Below, in pieces: positions 38,979 to 48,963 of a DNA stretch of 64,000 nt. Made by a program: the position numbers and the translations under genes. The notes beneath the pieces were generated by a model. It saw nothing but the letters and a program-made list of their open reading frames with translations, did not search any database and was not told the origin of the DNA. The DNA is taken from assembly GCA_041601615.1 (NCBI GenBank), contig JBFIHX010000002.1, forward strand, positions 256,001 through 320,000. The letters are read 5' to 3'. How positions within the stretch are numbered: the first letter of the stretch is position 1; each line of letters begins with the position of its first letter. The DNA comes from Thermoplasmatota archaeon. Its GTDB lineage: Archaea; Thermoplasmatota; E2; JACPAO01; JAHFTW01.

Positions 38979-39121
38979 TCAAGTCGGTTCGCTTTCCAAA
39001 ATGGACTGCAATGGACCGAGGAGAGGCAACGCATCATCGACCACTGTCTTCCAAAGAATGGAGGGTTCGATGCGGTGGTATGCATGAATCAGAAAATCTC
39101 GCATGCGGGCCATTTCACCCC
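38979..39121 (-). pseudogene. N-terminally truncated HEPN (DUF86) toxin remnant
   Basis: W.EMARMRDFLIHAY (RX4H) C-terminal half begins inside the MNT stop region; N-terminal half absent. Confidence 0.7.
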
Positions 39122-39405
39122 ACCTTGATTGCGTCCAGTCGGGCTTCCAGGAGGACGCTGTCACGCATACCTCCCGGCGTCGTCAGGTCCACGCGCCGGC
39201 CCGTCTTCTCTTCCAGCTCCGCTTGCAGGCGGGCCATCTGAAACAACGATGGGGTACGATCGAATTCTACAAGCAGGTCAAGGTCGCTGTCTGGACGTGC
39301 TTGGCCCCTGGCGACCGAGCCGTAAAGCTGCATATGCGACACCCCATACCGTTTGCGGAGTCCCGGAAGGATGCGTTGCAAGCAAAGCACCTCTGGGAGA
39401 GCCAA
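39115..39405 (-). CDS. Minimal nucleotidyltransferase (MNT) antitoxin
   Basis: YGS.ARG....DSDLDLLV, LE...GRRVDL. Confidence 0.9.
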   Translation of the reverse strand: MALPEVLCLQRILPGLRKRYGVSHMQLYGSVARGQARPDSDLDLLVEFDRTPSLFQMARLQAELEEKTGRRVDLTTPGGMRDSVLLEARLDAIKVG

Positions 39406-39457
39406 GGTCTTGGATGGTTCGAAACCCTACTTGAAAGAGCCGGAGTTTGTGGCGCCG

Positions 39458-40405
39458 TCAAGCAAGCCGAAACCGCTCCAGCGTCCTCGGAATCAACGAG
39501 ACGTCAACATTCCCGCCGGCACTAACGCCAATCACACCCCACGTTCCGGGGTCGGGTGCCATTACGCCGCCTTCCTGGATGGTGCCGGGGCAGGTTTCGC
39601 GGACCTGGATGCCGTTTTGGTAGTTGCTTGCCTGGGAGCCAATGTCCAATTCGTACGCGCCTTGGTCGCCTTCCAGTCCTTCGGCGGAGCAAGTGCCGGT
39701 GAGGGCATACCACAGCTCAGCGGCTTCCTCGGGCACTGTGAATTGGCTGAACCGGACGTCGCCTGTGGGGAGGTTGATGTCGATGCGATCAAAGAGGGTC
39801 CAACGAACCAGTTCGCCGCTGTAGTTGTGGCCGGCTTTGACAAACGTGGAACCAAATTCGACGGTGCCGTTGGCGTCGAGTGCTTCCATGCCGCTAAGCC
39901 ATTGGGTCGTTGGATCGTAGCCGTAGTTGCGCACGGAGCCGTCGGCGGCGGTCGCTTGTACGGCGTATTTTCCGTTGGCCAGGAAAGTGCCCGTTGCGCT
40001 CCATTCCGTGTCGTCCCAGGCGAATTTCCAGGTTTTTCCTTCCGTGAGTGGGAAGTCAAAAAAGTGGACTGCGCCGTGTTCTTGGCTGCCGTCGAGGTGC
40101 TTTTTGCTGATGGCGCCCACGGTACTGACTTCGCCAAATGCCGCGTGGAAGAACGCCATTTCCGGGTCGTTTACGTCGAGCGTCCAATGGTCGCCGTTGT
40201 CTTCACTGACAACCCAAGTAATCTGCCCAAGGCCGGGCAAGTCGAAGATCCACCAGTCGCCGATGGCCCAGGTGGGGGCCGGGATGCTCGCGGCGCCCTC
40301 GGTGGAGTCGCCATGGAGTGCTTCTGCGTCGCCCGTGGAATCTGAACACCCTGCCAGCATCAGCACAAGAAGCGGTGCAAGAAGTATTACAGTCCGGGCA
40401 GCCAT
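39458..40405 (-). CDS. Hypothetical lipoprotein
   Basis: LAGC lipobox; P.W.IGDWW motif; acidic, beta-rich. Confidence 0.75.
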   Translation of the reverse strand: MAARTVILLAPLLVLMLAGCSDSTGDAEALHGDSTEGAASIPAPTWAIGDWWIFDLPGLGQITWVVSEDNGDHWTLDVNDPEMAFFHAAFGEVSTVGAISKKHLDGSQEHGAVHFFDFPLTEGKTWKFAWDDTEWSATGTFLANGKYAVQATAADGSVRNYGYDPTTQWLSGMEALDANGTVEFGSTFVKAGHNYSGELVRWTLFDRIDINLPTGDVRFSQFTVPEEAAELWYALTGTCSAEGLEGDQGAYELDIGSQASNYQNGIQVRETCPGTIQEGGVMAPDPGTWGVIGVSAGGNVDVSLIPRTLERFRLA

Positions 40406-40467
40406 GTGTTGCGATTGCTGTGGGTGACTTCAGGATTCTGGAACTTTGGGGAGCAAACAGGTTGGCT

Positions 40468-40959
40468 TCATTGGGGTGCTGATGAAAGCCCCACAAGCCC
40501 GTCGATTCGACTCTCAACACGAGGTTCCTCCAATACGAATTGCTCGCGGCAAATTTTGAGGCTCTTGCGTTGTCCTGGCCAAATGTAGTGCTTCATCGCC
40601 TCTGGCGCCGGCACCCAGCGGTATTCCGTGTGCTCTTCAGAAAGCACCACCGAGGAGTCGGCGAACACCTCGGCGCAGAAGACGGGGCTGAGGATGATTT
40701 GGTCCGTGGCGGCGAGGTAGAATCGGTTGACGTAGCTTGCTTGCCAGAATGCGATGGGTCGCAGGCCGGTTTCTTCGCCGAGTTCTCGAAACGCGGTTTC
40801 GTAGGCGGTTTCTCCAGGCTCAATGTGCCCCTGGACCGGGCCCCAGGCGCCGCCGAGCATCGTGTGTGGTGCTCGTTTCATCACCAGCCATTCGTCGGCG
40901 CCTCCTTCGGTGCGCCGGAAGACGTGGCAGTCGGCGAATCGACAGGTGATTTCGGGCAC
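40468..40959 (-). CDS. NUDIX hydrolase (NudB-like)
   Basis: GHIEPGET..ETAFRELGEETGL Nudix box; LSEEH..Y.W. Confidence 0.9.
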   Translation of the reverse strand: MPEITCRFADCHVFRRTEGGADEWLVMKRAPHTMLGGAWGPVQGHIEPGETAYETAFRELGEETGLRPIAFWQASYVNRFYLAATDQIILSPVFCAEVFADSSVVLSEEHTEYRWVPAPEAMKHYIWPGQRKSLKICREQFVLEEPRVESRIDGLVGLSSAPQ

Positions 40960-41009
40960 GAGCGGCGGATGTGGGCGGGGCTTCTTTCCGCTTGCGCTCC
41001 CAGGGAAGC

Positions 41010-41563
41010 TTGGTTTGCGGCATCGCTTTGCTTATGCTAGCCGGGTTCGATGCGGCGGGGGGTCCACTGAACGGGAGCGGATCTTGGAGGCGCGAATCGC
41101 GGAACTCGAAGCGCCGGTCGAGGATTTGCAGCGTGAAGCCAATCTTGGGTGGAACACCGCGGGGATGGGTTTGCTGTTGGCCCTTCTGGCGGACGTGGTT
41201 GCCCCGCGAGGCCGCAAGAAACAGGCCGACAAGAAACACGAGGCGGAGCGTCAGTTCCAGGATTGGCTTGCGAGAATTTCGGTGGAGAGGCGCGAGGCGG
41301 TGCTACGGGACGTGCTGCAAATTTCGCCGGCGCCGGAGGGTTCGGGTTTGGATTTTGCGCTGGGCTTCCAAGAGCACCAAGAACTGCTTCGTTCCATGGT
41401 CGAGGGCAAGGCGTTGCGCCATGCGGTGCGCGCCGATGACGGCCGGGAATTGCTGGCCGCAGCGGACATGGAACCCAACCACGTTTTCTTAGAATTCATC
41501 CGGGGTTTCCAGGCGTCCAACCAAGCGATGGTTGCGCGTTGTGCGACCCACTTGGAAGCTTAG
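41010..41563 (+). CDS. Hypothetical membrane protein, possibly frameshifted at G6 tract 41057-41062
   Basis: Signal-like segment in one frame; coiled coil, TM and helical domain in the next frame. Confidence 0.35.
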
Positions 41564-42612
41564 GTGACAATCGGCATCTCGTCCAACAGCCCCGCAAGCC
41601 GAGTCACGGCTTCGTCGGCGTCGGCGCGGGTCACGTCCATGTGGGTGACGAAGCGAGCGGTGTAGCCGTTGTCGCGTGGTAAAATGCCGACGCCCAGTTC
41701 TTCGGCGACCTTGCAGAACTCAGGGCCGTTGAGTCCGGTGGCGCGGGTGTCCACCATCACCATGTTGGTCTCGACGCTGGAGACATCCACGGCGAGGCCG
41801 GGGAGTTTGTCAATGCCGGCGGCGAGGTGGCGCGCGAGATCATGGTCGGCGCTGAGGCGGGGCACGCCGTGCTCGAGGGCCCAGAGGCCGGCGGCGGCGA
41901 GGATGCCGGCTTGCCGCATGCCGCCTCCGAGGGCTTTGCGCACGCGGCGGCCTTCGTGGATGAATGCGTCCGTGCCGCAGAGGATGCTGCCGACGGGGGC
42001 GCCGAGTCCTTTGCTTAGGCAGGTCATCATGGAGTCTGCGCCGGCAAGGAGTTGCTTGGCGGAGGTGCCGAGGGCGGTGGCGGCGTTGAAGATGCGGGCG
42101 CTATCGACGTGGACGGCGGCGCCGTGTTCATGGGCGTGGTCGACGATGGCGCGGGTTTGTTGTTCGGTCCAGCAGCGTCCGCCGCTCCAGTTGTGGGTGT
42201 TTTCGATGGCCACGAGTTTGGTGCGGGCAAAGTGCGGATCGTCGGGATACAGGTGCGGGGCCACGTGCTCGGGGCCGAAGACGCCGTCGGTGCCCTCTAC
42301 GGTGCGCACGGTGGTTCCCGACAGCATGGCGGCAGCACCTCCTTCGTACAGTGCGATGTGGCTGTTGTTTTCGGCGACTACTTGCCCGGCGCGTTCGGTG
42401 TGCAGCCAGAGCGCGATTTGGTTGGCCATGGTGCCACTGGGCACGAACAGCGCGGCATCGAATCCAAGCAAGCTTGCGACTTCGGCTTCGAGGCGGTTGA
42501 CGGTGGGGTCTTCGCCCATGACGTCGTCTCCGACTTCGGCTGCGGCCATTGCTTCACGCATGGCGTCGGTGGGGCGGGTCACGGTGTCGCTTCGAAAGTC
42601 CAGCAGGCGCAC
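41560..42612 (-). CDS. ltaE: Low-specificity L-threonine aldolase
   Basis: [39 protein letters not shown]. Confidence 0.94.
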   Translation of the reverse strand: MRLLDFRSDTVTRPTDAMREAMAAAEVGDDVMGEDPTVNRLEAEVASLLGFDAALFVPSGTMANQIALWLHTERAGQVVAENNSHIALYEGGAAAMLSGTTVRTVEGTDGVFGPEHVAPHLYPDDPHFARTKLVAIENTHNWSGGRCWTEQQTRAIVDHAHEHGAAVHVDSARIFNAATALGTSAKQLLAGADSMMTCLSKGLGAPVGSILCGTDAFIHEGRRVRKALGGGMRQAGILAAAGLWALEHGVPRLSADHDLARHLAAGIDKLPGLAVDVSSVETNMVMVDTRATGLNGPEFCKVAEELGVGILPRDNGYTARFVTHMDVTRADADEAVTRLAGLLDEMPIVT

Positions 42613-42663
42613 GACGCCGCGACGCACGGCGTGCCTTTCAAGCGTGCGGGGTGGTGTCGGCGC

Positions 42664-43119
42664 GTGACAGAAACCGGCGAAGCCATTCGTGTGCCTCCTC
42701 CGTTGCTGCCCTTGGCGGCCATCATTCTTGCCGGTGCACTTCACTGGACCATGGATTTGCCTTCGCTTCCTTCCGGCTCTTGGGCTGCGGGCGGGGTCTT
42801 GGTGGTTCTTGGAGTGGCGTTGCTTGGCTGGGCCATCTTGGAGCAAGGCAAGGCTGGAACGAACCCCGACGTGCGTGCTCCGACGACGGCGCTGGTGACC
42901 GGCGGGCCGTACCGATTCAGTCGCAATCCGATCTACCTCGGCTTTCTCATTGCCCAAGCGGGCACCGGTTTCTGGAGCGGTTGGTGGTTGGCGGCGGTGT
43001 TCGTGCCGTTGACAGGCTGGGCTTTGACGCGGCTGGTCATTCGACGCGAGGAGGCTTGGCTTTCGGCGCTGTTTCCCCATTACGCGGAGTACTGTGGGCG
43101 CGTTCGGCGCTGGTTATGA
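42664..43119 (+). CDS. Isoprenylcysteine carboxyl methyltransferase / PEMT-family membrane protein
   Basis: [18 protein letters not shown]...F..Y..Y...VRRWL. Confidence 0.9.
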   Translation: MTETGEAIRVPPPLLPLAAIILAGALHWTMDLPSLPSGSWAAGGVLVVLGVALLGWAILEQGKAGTNPDVRAPTTALVTGGPYRFSRNPIYLGFLIAQAGTGFWSGWWLAAVFVPLTGWALTRLVIRREEAWLSALFPHYAEYCGRVRRWL

Positions 43120-43287
43120 CTACGACGCCAGTTGCGCTGGGGGCCGTTCGAAGCCGGTCATGTCGTTGAGCCAGGCATGCAGGGACTGTTCGAGTTTCAG
43201 AAGGTCCCGGTGCGCGTCTAGGCAACCTTGGAGCACGTCTTTGGATTCCATGCCCATGAATCGGTCGAAGCGGGCCTTGAAACCCTG
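43117..43287. repeat. 171-bp direct repeat, copy 1
   Basis: Matches 45907-46077 with 5 mismatches counted by eye. Confidence 0.93.
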
Positions 43288-43538
43288 TGGTGTGGGGGGC
43301 TGCGTTTCTGGAGGTGAACGAAGAATGTCACACAGTATGGCACATTCGCGTGGATTGCTAGAGAGTCAAAAAAATTTTTAGTATGTAAAAACTTGCGATA
43401 TGTTCCGGCCAATTATGCCAATCGTCGGTTAGTACGCAGAATACATCCACTAGGAATCTTTAATTATGGGGTAGTGTTGCCATTTGCATTCGGAGCTGCC
43501 CCACTGCAGTTGCCGAACCAACATGAAGGTGAAGAACA

Positions 43539-44474
43539 ATGAATTATGCGAAACTAGAGCAAAATAGATGCCAAACCATGGCTGTAGCCTCCTTATTGGC
43601 TATTTTAATCATGGCTCCCGCAGAAGCTAGCAATTATTTGGCTGGTGCGAATGAAGAATTTGAATTGTCAGCATGGGAAAATAATTGTTCGAATGAAGCA
43701 TCTGGTGCAGTAATTAATGTGATTGCCTGCACTATGACATTTAATGAAGGGTTTGAGTGGAGTTACTGCTTACCTGGAGAACAAAACACAGAAAATGACC
43801 TGGGGCATGGGGGTTGCATAGAGGCTAAAATCAGTTCAACCCCCATATTGGGCGAGTTGAAAATTGCCTTTGGCGCCTTTGTTGGGCCTAACTGTTTTGG
43901 AAGGGCATACACTGGCGAACATGGTTATGTTTGCACAGGAATTTTTAGGAGCTACAACTATGTGTGTGTTGGTGAATATTCGGAACTTGTCGGCAATGCT
44001 CCGAAGTGCAATGGGGTAGGAACTGGCCCTATCGTCGAACCACCGAGGATGGCGGCATCGCCGCTCAGTCCGTTTGTTGGTGGACTCGTTAGGGGCGCCG
44101 TGGATTTATCAGTTATTCCCGGAGTACCTGAATTTCCAGAGCTACCTGATCCAAAGCCGCTGATTGGTGGGCTGGTTTATGCTAAGGCGGGATACTCATC
44201 TGTTTGTCACTCAGATCATGGGCGGAACTGCGCCGTTAACTTCGGAGGTTTTCATGGCACCTTCGCGAATTTGGGAACTGGCCAGGGCTACCTTCAGGCA
44301 TTCTGCGGCACGGGATCAGGCGCGGACAGTTGCTCATTTGGAATTGGTGGGTCCTGCGAAACAAGCAAGCTTGTCATTATCCCGTGTGGGGGAAAGGGTT
44401 TCTCTACCGTACAGACTATTTCCAGCCTCGGCGGTGCCGCGGGTGGATCTACGTTCACAGGAAGCGAGTGTTGA
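43539..44474 (+). CDS. Secreted Cys/Gly-rich hypothetical protein (lower-GC cassette)
   Basis: Signal-like N-terminus, many Cys, AT-rich codons unlike the flanks. Confidence 0.65.
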   Translation: MNYAKLEQNRCQTMAVASLLAILIMAPAEASNYLAGANEEFELSAWENNCSNEASGAVINVIACTMTFNEGFEWSYCLPGEQNTENDLGHGGCIEAKISSTPILGELKIAFGAFVGPNCFGRAYTGEHGYVCTGIFRSYNYVCVGEYSELVGNAPKCNGVGTGPIVEPPRMAASPLSPFVGGLVRGAVDLSVIPGVPEFPELPDPKPLIGGLVYAKAGYSSVCHSDHGRNCAVNFGGFHGTFANLGTGQGYLQAFCGTGSGADSCSFGIGGSCETSKLVIIPCGGKGFSTVQTISSLGGAAGGSTFTGSEC

Positions 44475-44481
44475 GACGACG

Positions 44482-45861
44482 ATGTTTAGATTCGTTGTGA
44501 TAATCACTTTAATCCCGCTTACCCTCACGGGTTGTCTGGGCAATTATGAATCCATGACGAGCTTTTCCCCTTTTTCCTTCGTTTATGAAGGCGAGGATGG
44601 TAGCCAAATCACGGGCGAAGTAACGGGCTTTGGCTATCGTTGGGATCCTTGGGCGCGGGAGCAGTATGTGCTCCTGGTGGGGTATACATACCACGCGCCA
44701 TCGAATCAAGGAATATATCATTTTGAGGATGCGATTGACCCTGCCACTGGTCTCATTGTAAGCCAAATTGCTTTTTGTGGCACAATTGGCCACGGTGAAA
44801 GCCAACAACCTTGCAATCGCGCTACATTCATTGGAAGTGCATTCGGGACTCCCGGGTTGTTTGGACTTGGCCCGGCCTGGGCGGGTTATGAGAGAGACAT
44901 CATCGACGATGGCAAGGTATTCCGGATTCCCGGCGGTGAAACGGCGGCAACTTTTGATATTACGGCTGAAGGTGCTTGCCGGACCGTAACGCTTCGGGGT
45001 TTCGCCCCCTCCCTCACTGTACCATGGGTGCCAATAGGCCAAAAAATTGTTGACTGCGGGCAAGGGGTACCTGAGAGGTTCAAAACAAGCCATGACCCAG
45101 TTTTTGCCCCCCGGTCCTCGGGTGAACATATCCTATATCGACTCGTGGGGGTGGCTGGTTCTCTGCCCGCGCACCCTACAATTCCGGGAATCATTCCACC
45201 GCGCCCAAACTCTTCGTCTCTCCAGGAGCCTTACTACGTGTCGGGGTTGAATCCAGGCACCACATTTGGCCTGGAAGAAGCCCATCAGGCGGCCCTCAAA
45301 CATAGCGCAAAGTACCATGATTTATTTAATAAATCAGGAGCGATGGTGCTTGAGTATGAGCATTTTTACGATTCATCTGCCTATTTAGTAAATAATATAA
45401 GCCGAACAGAGAGCCAAAGCGTTGTTATTTTGGCGGCGTCTGGGCAAGAAACGCTAGAAATTACAATAAAAAGATCCAACGAATCTGTTGTAAGCGTCGA
45501 ACAAGTAACATACGGTATAAAAGAAGAAAAAGCAGGCATGTTGCCTGAAGAAATTAAACACAGGCGAGAACAGGTTTCTTTCCCAGTTGGATTAGAAATG
45601 GTGCGCCAATTCCACAACCTCCCGGTTGTCTTCGAGGATGTGGGCATGTTTCATCAAACTCCCGTGCTGGGAGAGTCTGTATGGTTAGCTACGGCGCCAC
45701 GGCACTGGCGAACTTCGGGCTATGTCCTTGCATGGTACTTCTTTGACCCGCTAGGCGAAAACGCGGGTTTCATCCCCTATCATGCAACGGTCGATGGGGT
45801 GACAGGCGGCGTCGAATCTATTGACGTGCCCCTAGCTCACAAAGCGGTGGCCCGTCAGTAG
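44482..45861 (+). CDS. Hypothetical lipoprotein (lower-GC cassette)
   Basis: MFRFVVIITLIPLTLTGC lipobox; long ORF; PepSY-like VDGVTG end. Confidence 0.7.
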   Translation: MFRFVVIITLIPLTLTGCLGNYESMTSFSPFSFVYEGEDGSQITGEVTGFGYRWDPWAREQYVLLVGYTYHAPSNQGIYHFEDAIDPATGLIVSQIAFCGTIGHGESQQPCNRATFIGSAFGTPGLFGLGPAWAGYERDIIDDGKVFRIPGGETAATFDITAEGACRTVTLRGFAPSLTVPWVPIGQKIVDCGQGVPERFKTSHDPVFAPRSSGEHILYRLVGVAGSLPAHPTIPGIIPPRPNSSSLQEPYYVSGLNPGTTFGLEEAHQAALKHSAKYHDLFNKSGAMVLEYEHFYDSSAYLVNNISRTESQSVVILAASGQETLEITIKRSNESVVSVEQVTYGIKEEKAGMLPEEIKHRREQVSFPVGLEMVRQFHNLPVVFEDVGMFHQTPVLGESVWLATAPRHWRTSGYVLAWYFFDPLGENAGFIPYHATVDGVTGGVESIDVPLAHKAVARQ

Positions 45862-45906
45862 CACGGAATTTCACCAAGTTGGGGGTGGGGAATTGCCCAC
45901 AGGTTT

Positions 45907-46077
45907 TGACTACGACGCCAATTGCGCTGGGGGCCGTTCGAAGCCGGTCATGTCGTTGAGCCAGGCATGCAGGGACTGTTCGAGTTTCAGAAGGTCCCGG
46001 TGCGCGTCTAGGCAACCTTGGAGCACATCTTTGGATTCCATGCCTATGACTCGGTCGAAGCGGGCCTTGAACCCCTG
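45907..46077. repeat. 171-bp direct repeat, copy 2
   Basis: Offset 2790 bp from copy 1. Confidence 0.93.
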
Positions 46078-46131
46078 CGCCGTGGGGCCTGGAGGCCTTG
46101 GGGTTTGGGGAGAAGGACCTATGCGCCCCAT
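45910..46131 (-). CDS. Small hypothetical protein whose 3' part forms the direct repeat
   Basis: 3 of 5 differences between copies are synonymous in this frame; the other two are conservative. Confidence 0.45.
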   Translation of the reverse strand: MGRIGPSPQTPRPPGPTAQGFKARFDRVIGMESKDVLQGCLDAHRDLLKLEQSLHAWLNDMTGFERPPAQLAS

Positions 46132-46176
46132 GCTCCATGGAGGCCTGTGCGAGGCATGCGAGGAGGAGCCGGGACC

Positions 46177-47094
46177 ATGCTTCCACTGCTTGTCGCACTG
46201 GGCGCGGCGTTCTCGGGGTGCTTGCAGTCGACTTCATCTGTTGCGGAAGAACCGGGTGCGCCCGTCGCCTCCGCGCCACAATCCTGGACGCTCTACTTCG
46301 ACGCAGACGGTCAACTTCTACCCGATCCGGCCGCTCCCGGTGGCGTGCTGTTGTCGTGGTCGCTGGCGCAATGGGCTCTTGGGACTCCGCCGCCCGCCTG
46401 GAGCTATCCACTCGGGCCCGAGGGCCTTGGAGTCCTTGAGGCCAACGCGGTCCTCACCTACCGCGCCCGTGACCCTGCGACCACCACCGCGATCCGAGAC
46501 GATCTAACCATTTGGTGGGGCAGCTCGGACTCCACGGTCGCGCACACCTCCGTTCCTGGTCCAGTTGCGTACCTTCCCGGCGACACCGTGACCGTCGAAA
46601 TGGCGCTGGAAATTCCCCGCAACGGGCTATGGCTAGGCCCGGGCGAGCAGATGCGGGCCCAAGTGGCAACCTACACCACCGATGGCCCAGAGCTTGATCG
46701 CATGGAGTTGGTCGTTGGAGGCGAAAACGGCAGCCGTCTGGAATTGGTGGCGGTTCCCTTTGCCGGCACACCCATGGCCCAAGTGGAAGCCAACCGATGG
46801 ACCGGCTCCCACGGCGGCGACTGTACCAACGGCGCCAAGCAGTTCATCGAACACACCATCGAGGTCGGCGCGGCGCGAGAGTTTCAGCTCCGTGCCACGG
46901 GAACGGGGGTGCAAGACCTAGACTTGTACATCCTGCACAACGATGAACGGGTCATGCGGGCCCACGATCCTGGCCCGAACGAAATTTTGCGCCTGCGTGA
47001 AGCCAACGTGGAAGGACTGGAAGGCGATTTGACACTGCAAGTGCTCGGAATCTGCGCCGGTCGCTTCGACTACACTCTCGTCGCCCTTGCCTAA
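46177..47094 (+). CDS. Hypothetical lipoprotein with C-terminal PPC-like domain
   Basis: FSGC lipobox; DLDLY..H...GPNE motif. Confidence 0.7.
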   Translation: MLPLLVALGAAFSGCLQSTSSVAEEPGAPVASAPQSWTLYFDADGQLLPDPAAPGGVLLSWSLAQWALGTPPPAWSYPLGPEGLGVLEANAVLTYRARDPATTTAIRDDLTIWWGSSDSTVAHTSVPGPVAYLPGDTVTVEMALEIPRNGLWLGPGEQMRAQVATYTTDGPELDRMELVVGGENGSRLELVAVPFAGTPMAQVEANRWTGSHGGDCTNGAKQFIEHTIEVGAAREFQLRATGTGVQDLDLYILHNDERVMRAHDPGPNEILRLREANVEGLEGDLTLQVLGICAGRFDYTLVALA

Positions 47095-47396
47095 GTTTCG
47101 TCGCGGTATTGCTCGTCTTCCCACGCGTCCAATTCTTGGTCCTTCCATGGGTCATAGGCGCCCTTCATGCGGTAGCTCCAGTACCCATACGTTCCCAGGC
47201 CCCAAATGCACATTCCTGCACCGCCCGCCGCAATGTACGAGCTGATGCTGCCGGCAAACAACATCGCCACACCCATCATCACGTACCACTTGGCATCGTC
47301 TCGGCGCTTCTTGTGCGCCTCGGCTTCTTCCATCGCGGCGGCAACACGAAGATCATGGGTGGGCCCCTCGACGCCGGGTGCGATCATCTTGGCCAC
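47091..47396 (-). CDS. Small membrane protein
   Basis: Two TM segments; YDPW.D.ELD tail. Confidence 0.6.
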   Translation of the reverse strand: MAKMIAPGVEGPTHDLRVAAAMEEAEAHKKRRDDAKWYVMMGVAMLFAGSISSYIAAGGAGMCIWGLGTYGYWSYRMKGAYDPWKDQELDAWEDEQYRDET

Positions 47397-47569
47397 AGAG
47401 GGTACGGGGCGGTCTCAGCACAAGAAGGATGCGGACCGGGTCACGATGGGGCGTACGCCGCCATAAATATTATTTAGTATCAGTATTTTCGGAGATTTGC
47501 TTATACATTTTGCTGTGTTTGGACCCAGTTCTGGGAGGATGCTTCATATCCGCATCCCGTTGTCCCGCT

Positions 47570-47986
47570 ATGCCCGAACAGGTTGCCATTGTGGTCGCCA
47601 AGGCCGAGGTTCGCACCAAGGTCGTGATTCAAGCAACCCACACCAATCCGATTCGCGTACGGGCCGGCACTCCCTTTGCCATTCGATTTGCGTACCGCAT
47701 CTACGAAGAGTCCACCAAGGAAGATCAATGGGTCTTCCGACTCGCTGGGGCGCTCGGTGACGGAGACGAGGCCATCAACGAGATGTGTCACAAGGACCGG
47801 CTCATGGTCCGAGACGACGTCTGGGCCCACCTGAGCCAAGACCACATGTGCCCAGCGCCCGGCGAATACCAACTCACATTCCAAGCCCACGCGACCCTCA
47901 AACGTCGCGACTGGGGCGACGCAGCCCCCCACAAGGCCGTCGACGACCAAAGTGTTGGCGGCACCATCCTCATTCAAGCGGAGTGA
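47570..47986 (+). CDS. Hypothetical Ig-like beta protein
   Basis: PGEYQLTF beta pattern; follows an AT-rich intergenic region. Confidence 0.55.
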   Translation: MPEQVAIVVAKAEVRTKVVIQATHTNPIRVRAGTPFAIRFAYRIYEESTKEDQWVFRLAGALGDGDEAINEMCHKDRLMVRDDVWAHLSQDHMCPAPGEYQLTFQAHATLKRRDWGDAAPHKAVDDQSVGGTILIQAE

Positions 47987-47988
47987 CC

Positions 47989-48957
47989 ATGAACCAAACT
48001 GCCCACCACCCCCGATCCCAAGCCGGCATCACCGGCACCACCCCCCGCAATTTCTCCACCTGGACGGTCCTCGTCGTGGCAGCACTCATGCTCCTGGTCC
48101 CCGCCTCCGGCAGCCTCATCGAAAACTCCACGGGCGGACTCGTCACCTACCAATTCGACGGCGACAGCTTCCACGACGCCGCGGACACCTGCGAGGATGC
48201 CATGAGCGAACATTTGCTCGCCCTCGGCCAACGAAGCGAAGGATGGCTCGTGCCCGGCGACGACGAAACCGACCACTTCCTCCTCGCCGTCGCCCCCGAA
48301 GACGTGGGCCAACGCCTACGCATTGACGTGGGTGTAGCCGAAGTTGGCACCGAACTGCTGTTTGATGCCTTCGCCCCAGGCTGCGCCGGCAGCGTACTTG
48401 CCGAAGAAAACCAACCCAAACCTGCCCCCGAGGACCCCGTGCCCGGAGCCGGCGAACAACTCGCCACCGCCAAGAACGTCGACGGCAACTACACCTGCTC
48501 CGACCGCTGGTTCCTCAACCTCAACCAAGTCGGCAAAGACAACGAAGCCCCCGCCACCATTCACGTCACATGGACCGACGGCAGCCAAGCCGACGTGCCG
48601 CTGCAAAAATCGACCCCCGCCACCGCCGCCCACTACACCACCACCGAACACCCCGACGTTACCGTGCACAGCGCCACCGTCGTCATGCCGGACTCCTGGA
48701 CGGGCAAACTGATTCTCAGCGAAGGATTCTGCGACGCCACCGACGGCGGTGCCGTGTACGGAGAGGACGCCCGCCGCATCGGCGACAACATCATCGAATT
48801 CACGCCCATCGTCTCCGGTCCCTTTGTGCTCGCCGTGCGCCTGGGTGAACTGCGCGACCCCTTGGCCCCCATGGCCGTCAACTGCCACTACTGCGTCGAC
48901 GGACTCGAAGGCCCCTTGGACCCAGTGCTCTACAAACTCGGCAGCGCCTCCAGCTAG
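47989..48957 (+). CDS. Secreted hypothetical protein
   Basis: Signal/TM, DAADTC and DETDHF motifs, host-like codon usage. Confidence 0.7.
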   Translation: MNQTAHHPRSQAGITGTTPRNFSTWTVLVVAALMLLVPASGSLIENSTGGLVTYQFDGDSFHDAADTCEDAMSEHLLALGQRSEGWLVPGDDETDHFLLAVAPEDVGQRLRIDVGVAEVGTELLFDAFAPGCAGSVLAEENQPKPAPEDPVPGAGEQLATAKNVDGNYTCSDRWFLNLNQVGKDNEAPATIHVTWTDGSQADVPLQKSTPATAAHYTTTEHPDVTVHSATVVMPDSWTGKLILSEGFCDATDGGAVYGEDARRIGDNIIEFTPIVSGPFVLAVRLGELRDPLAPMAVNCHYCVDGLEGPLDPVLYKLGSASS

Positions 48958-48963
48958 GTCCCG

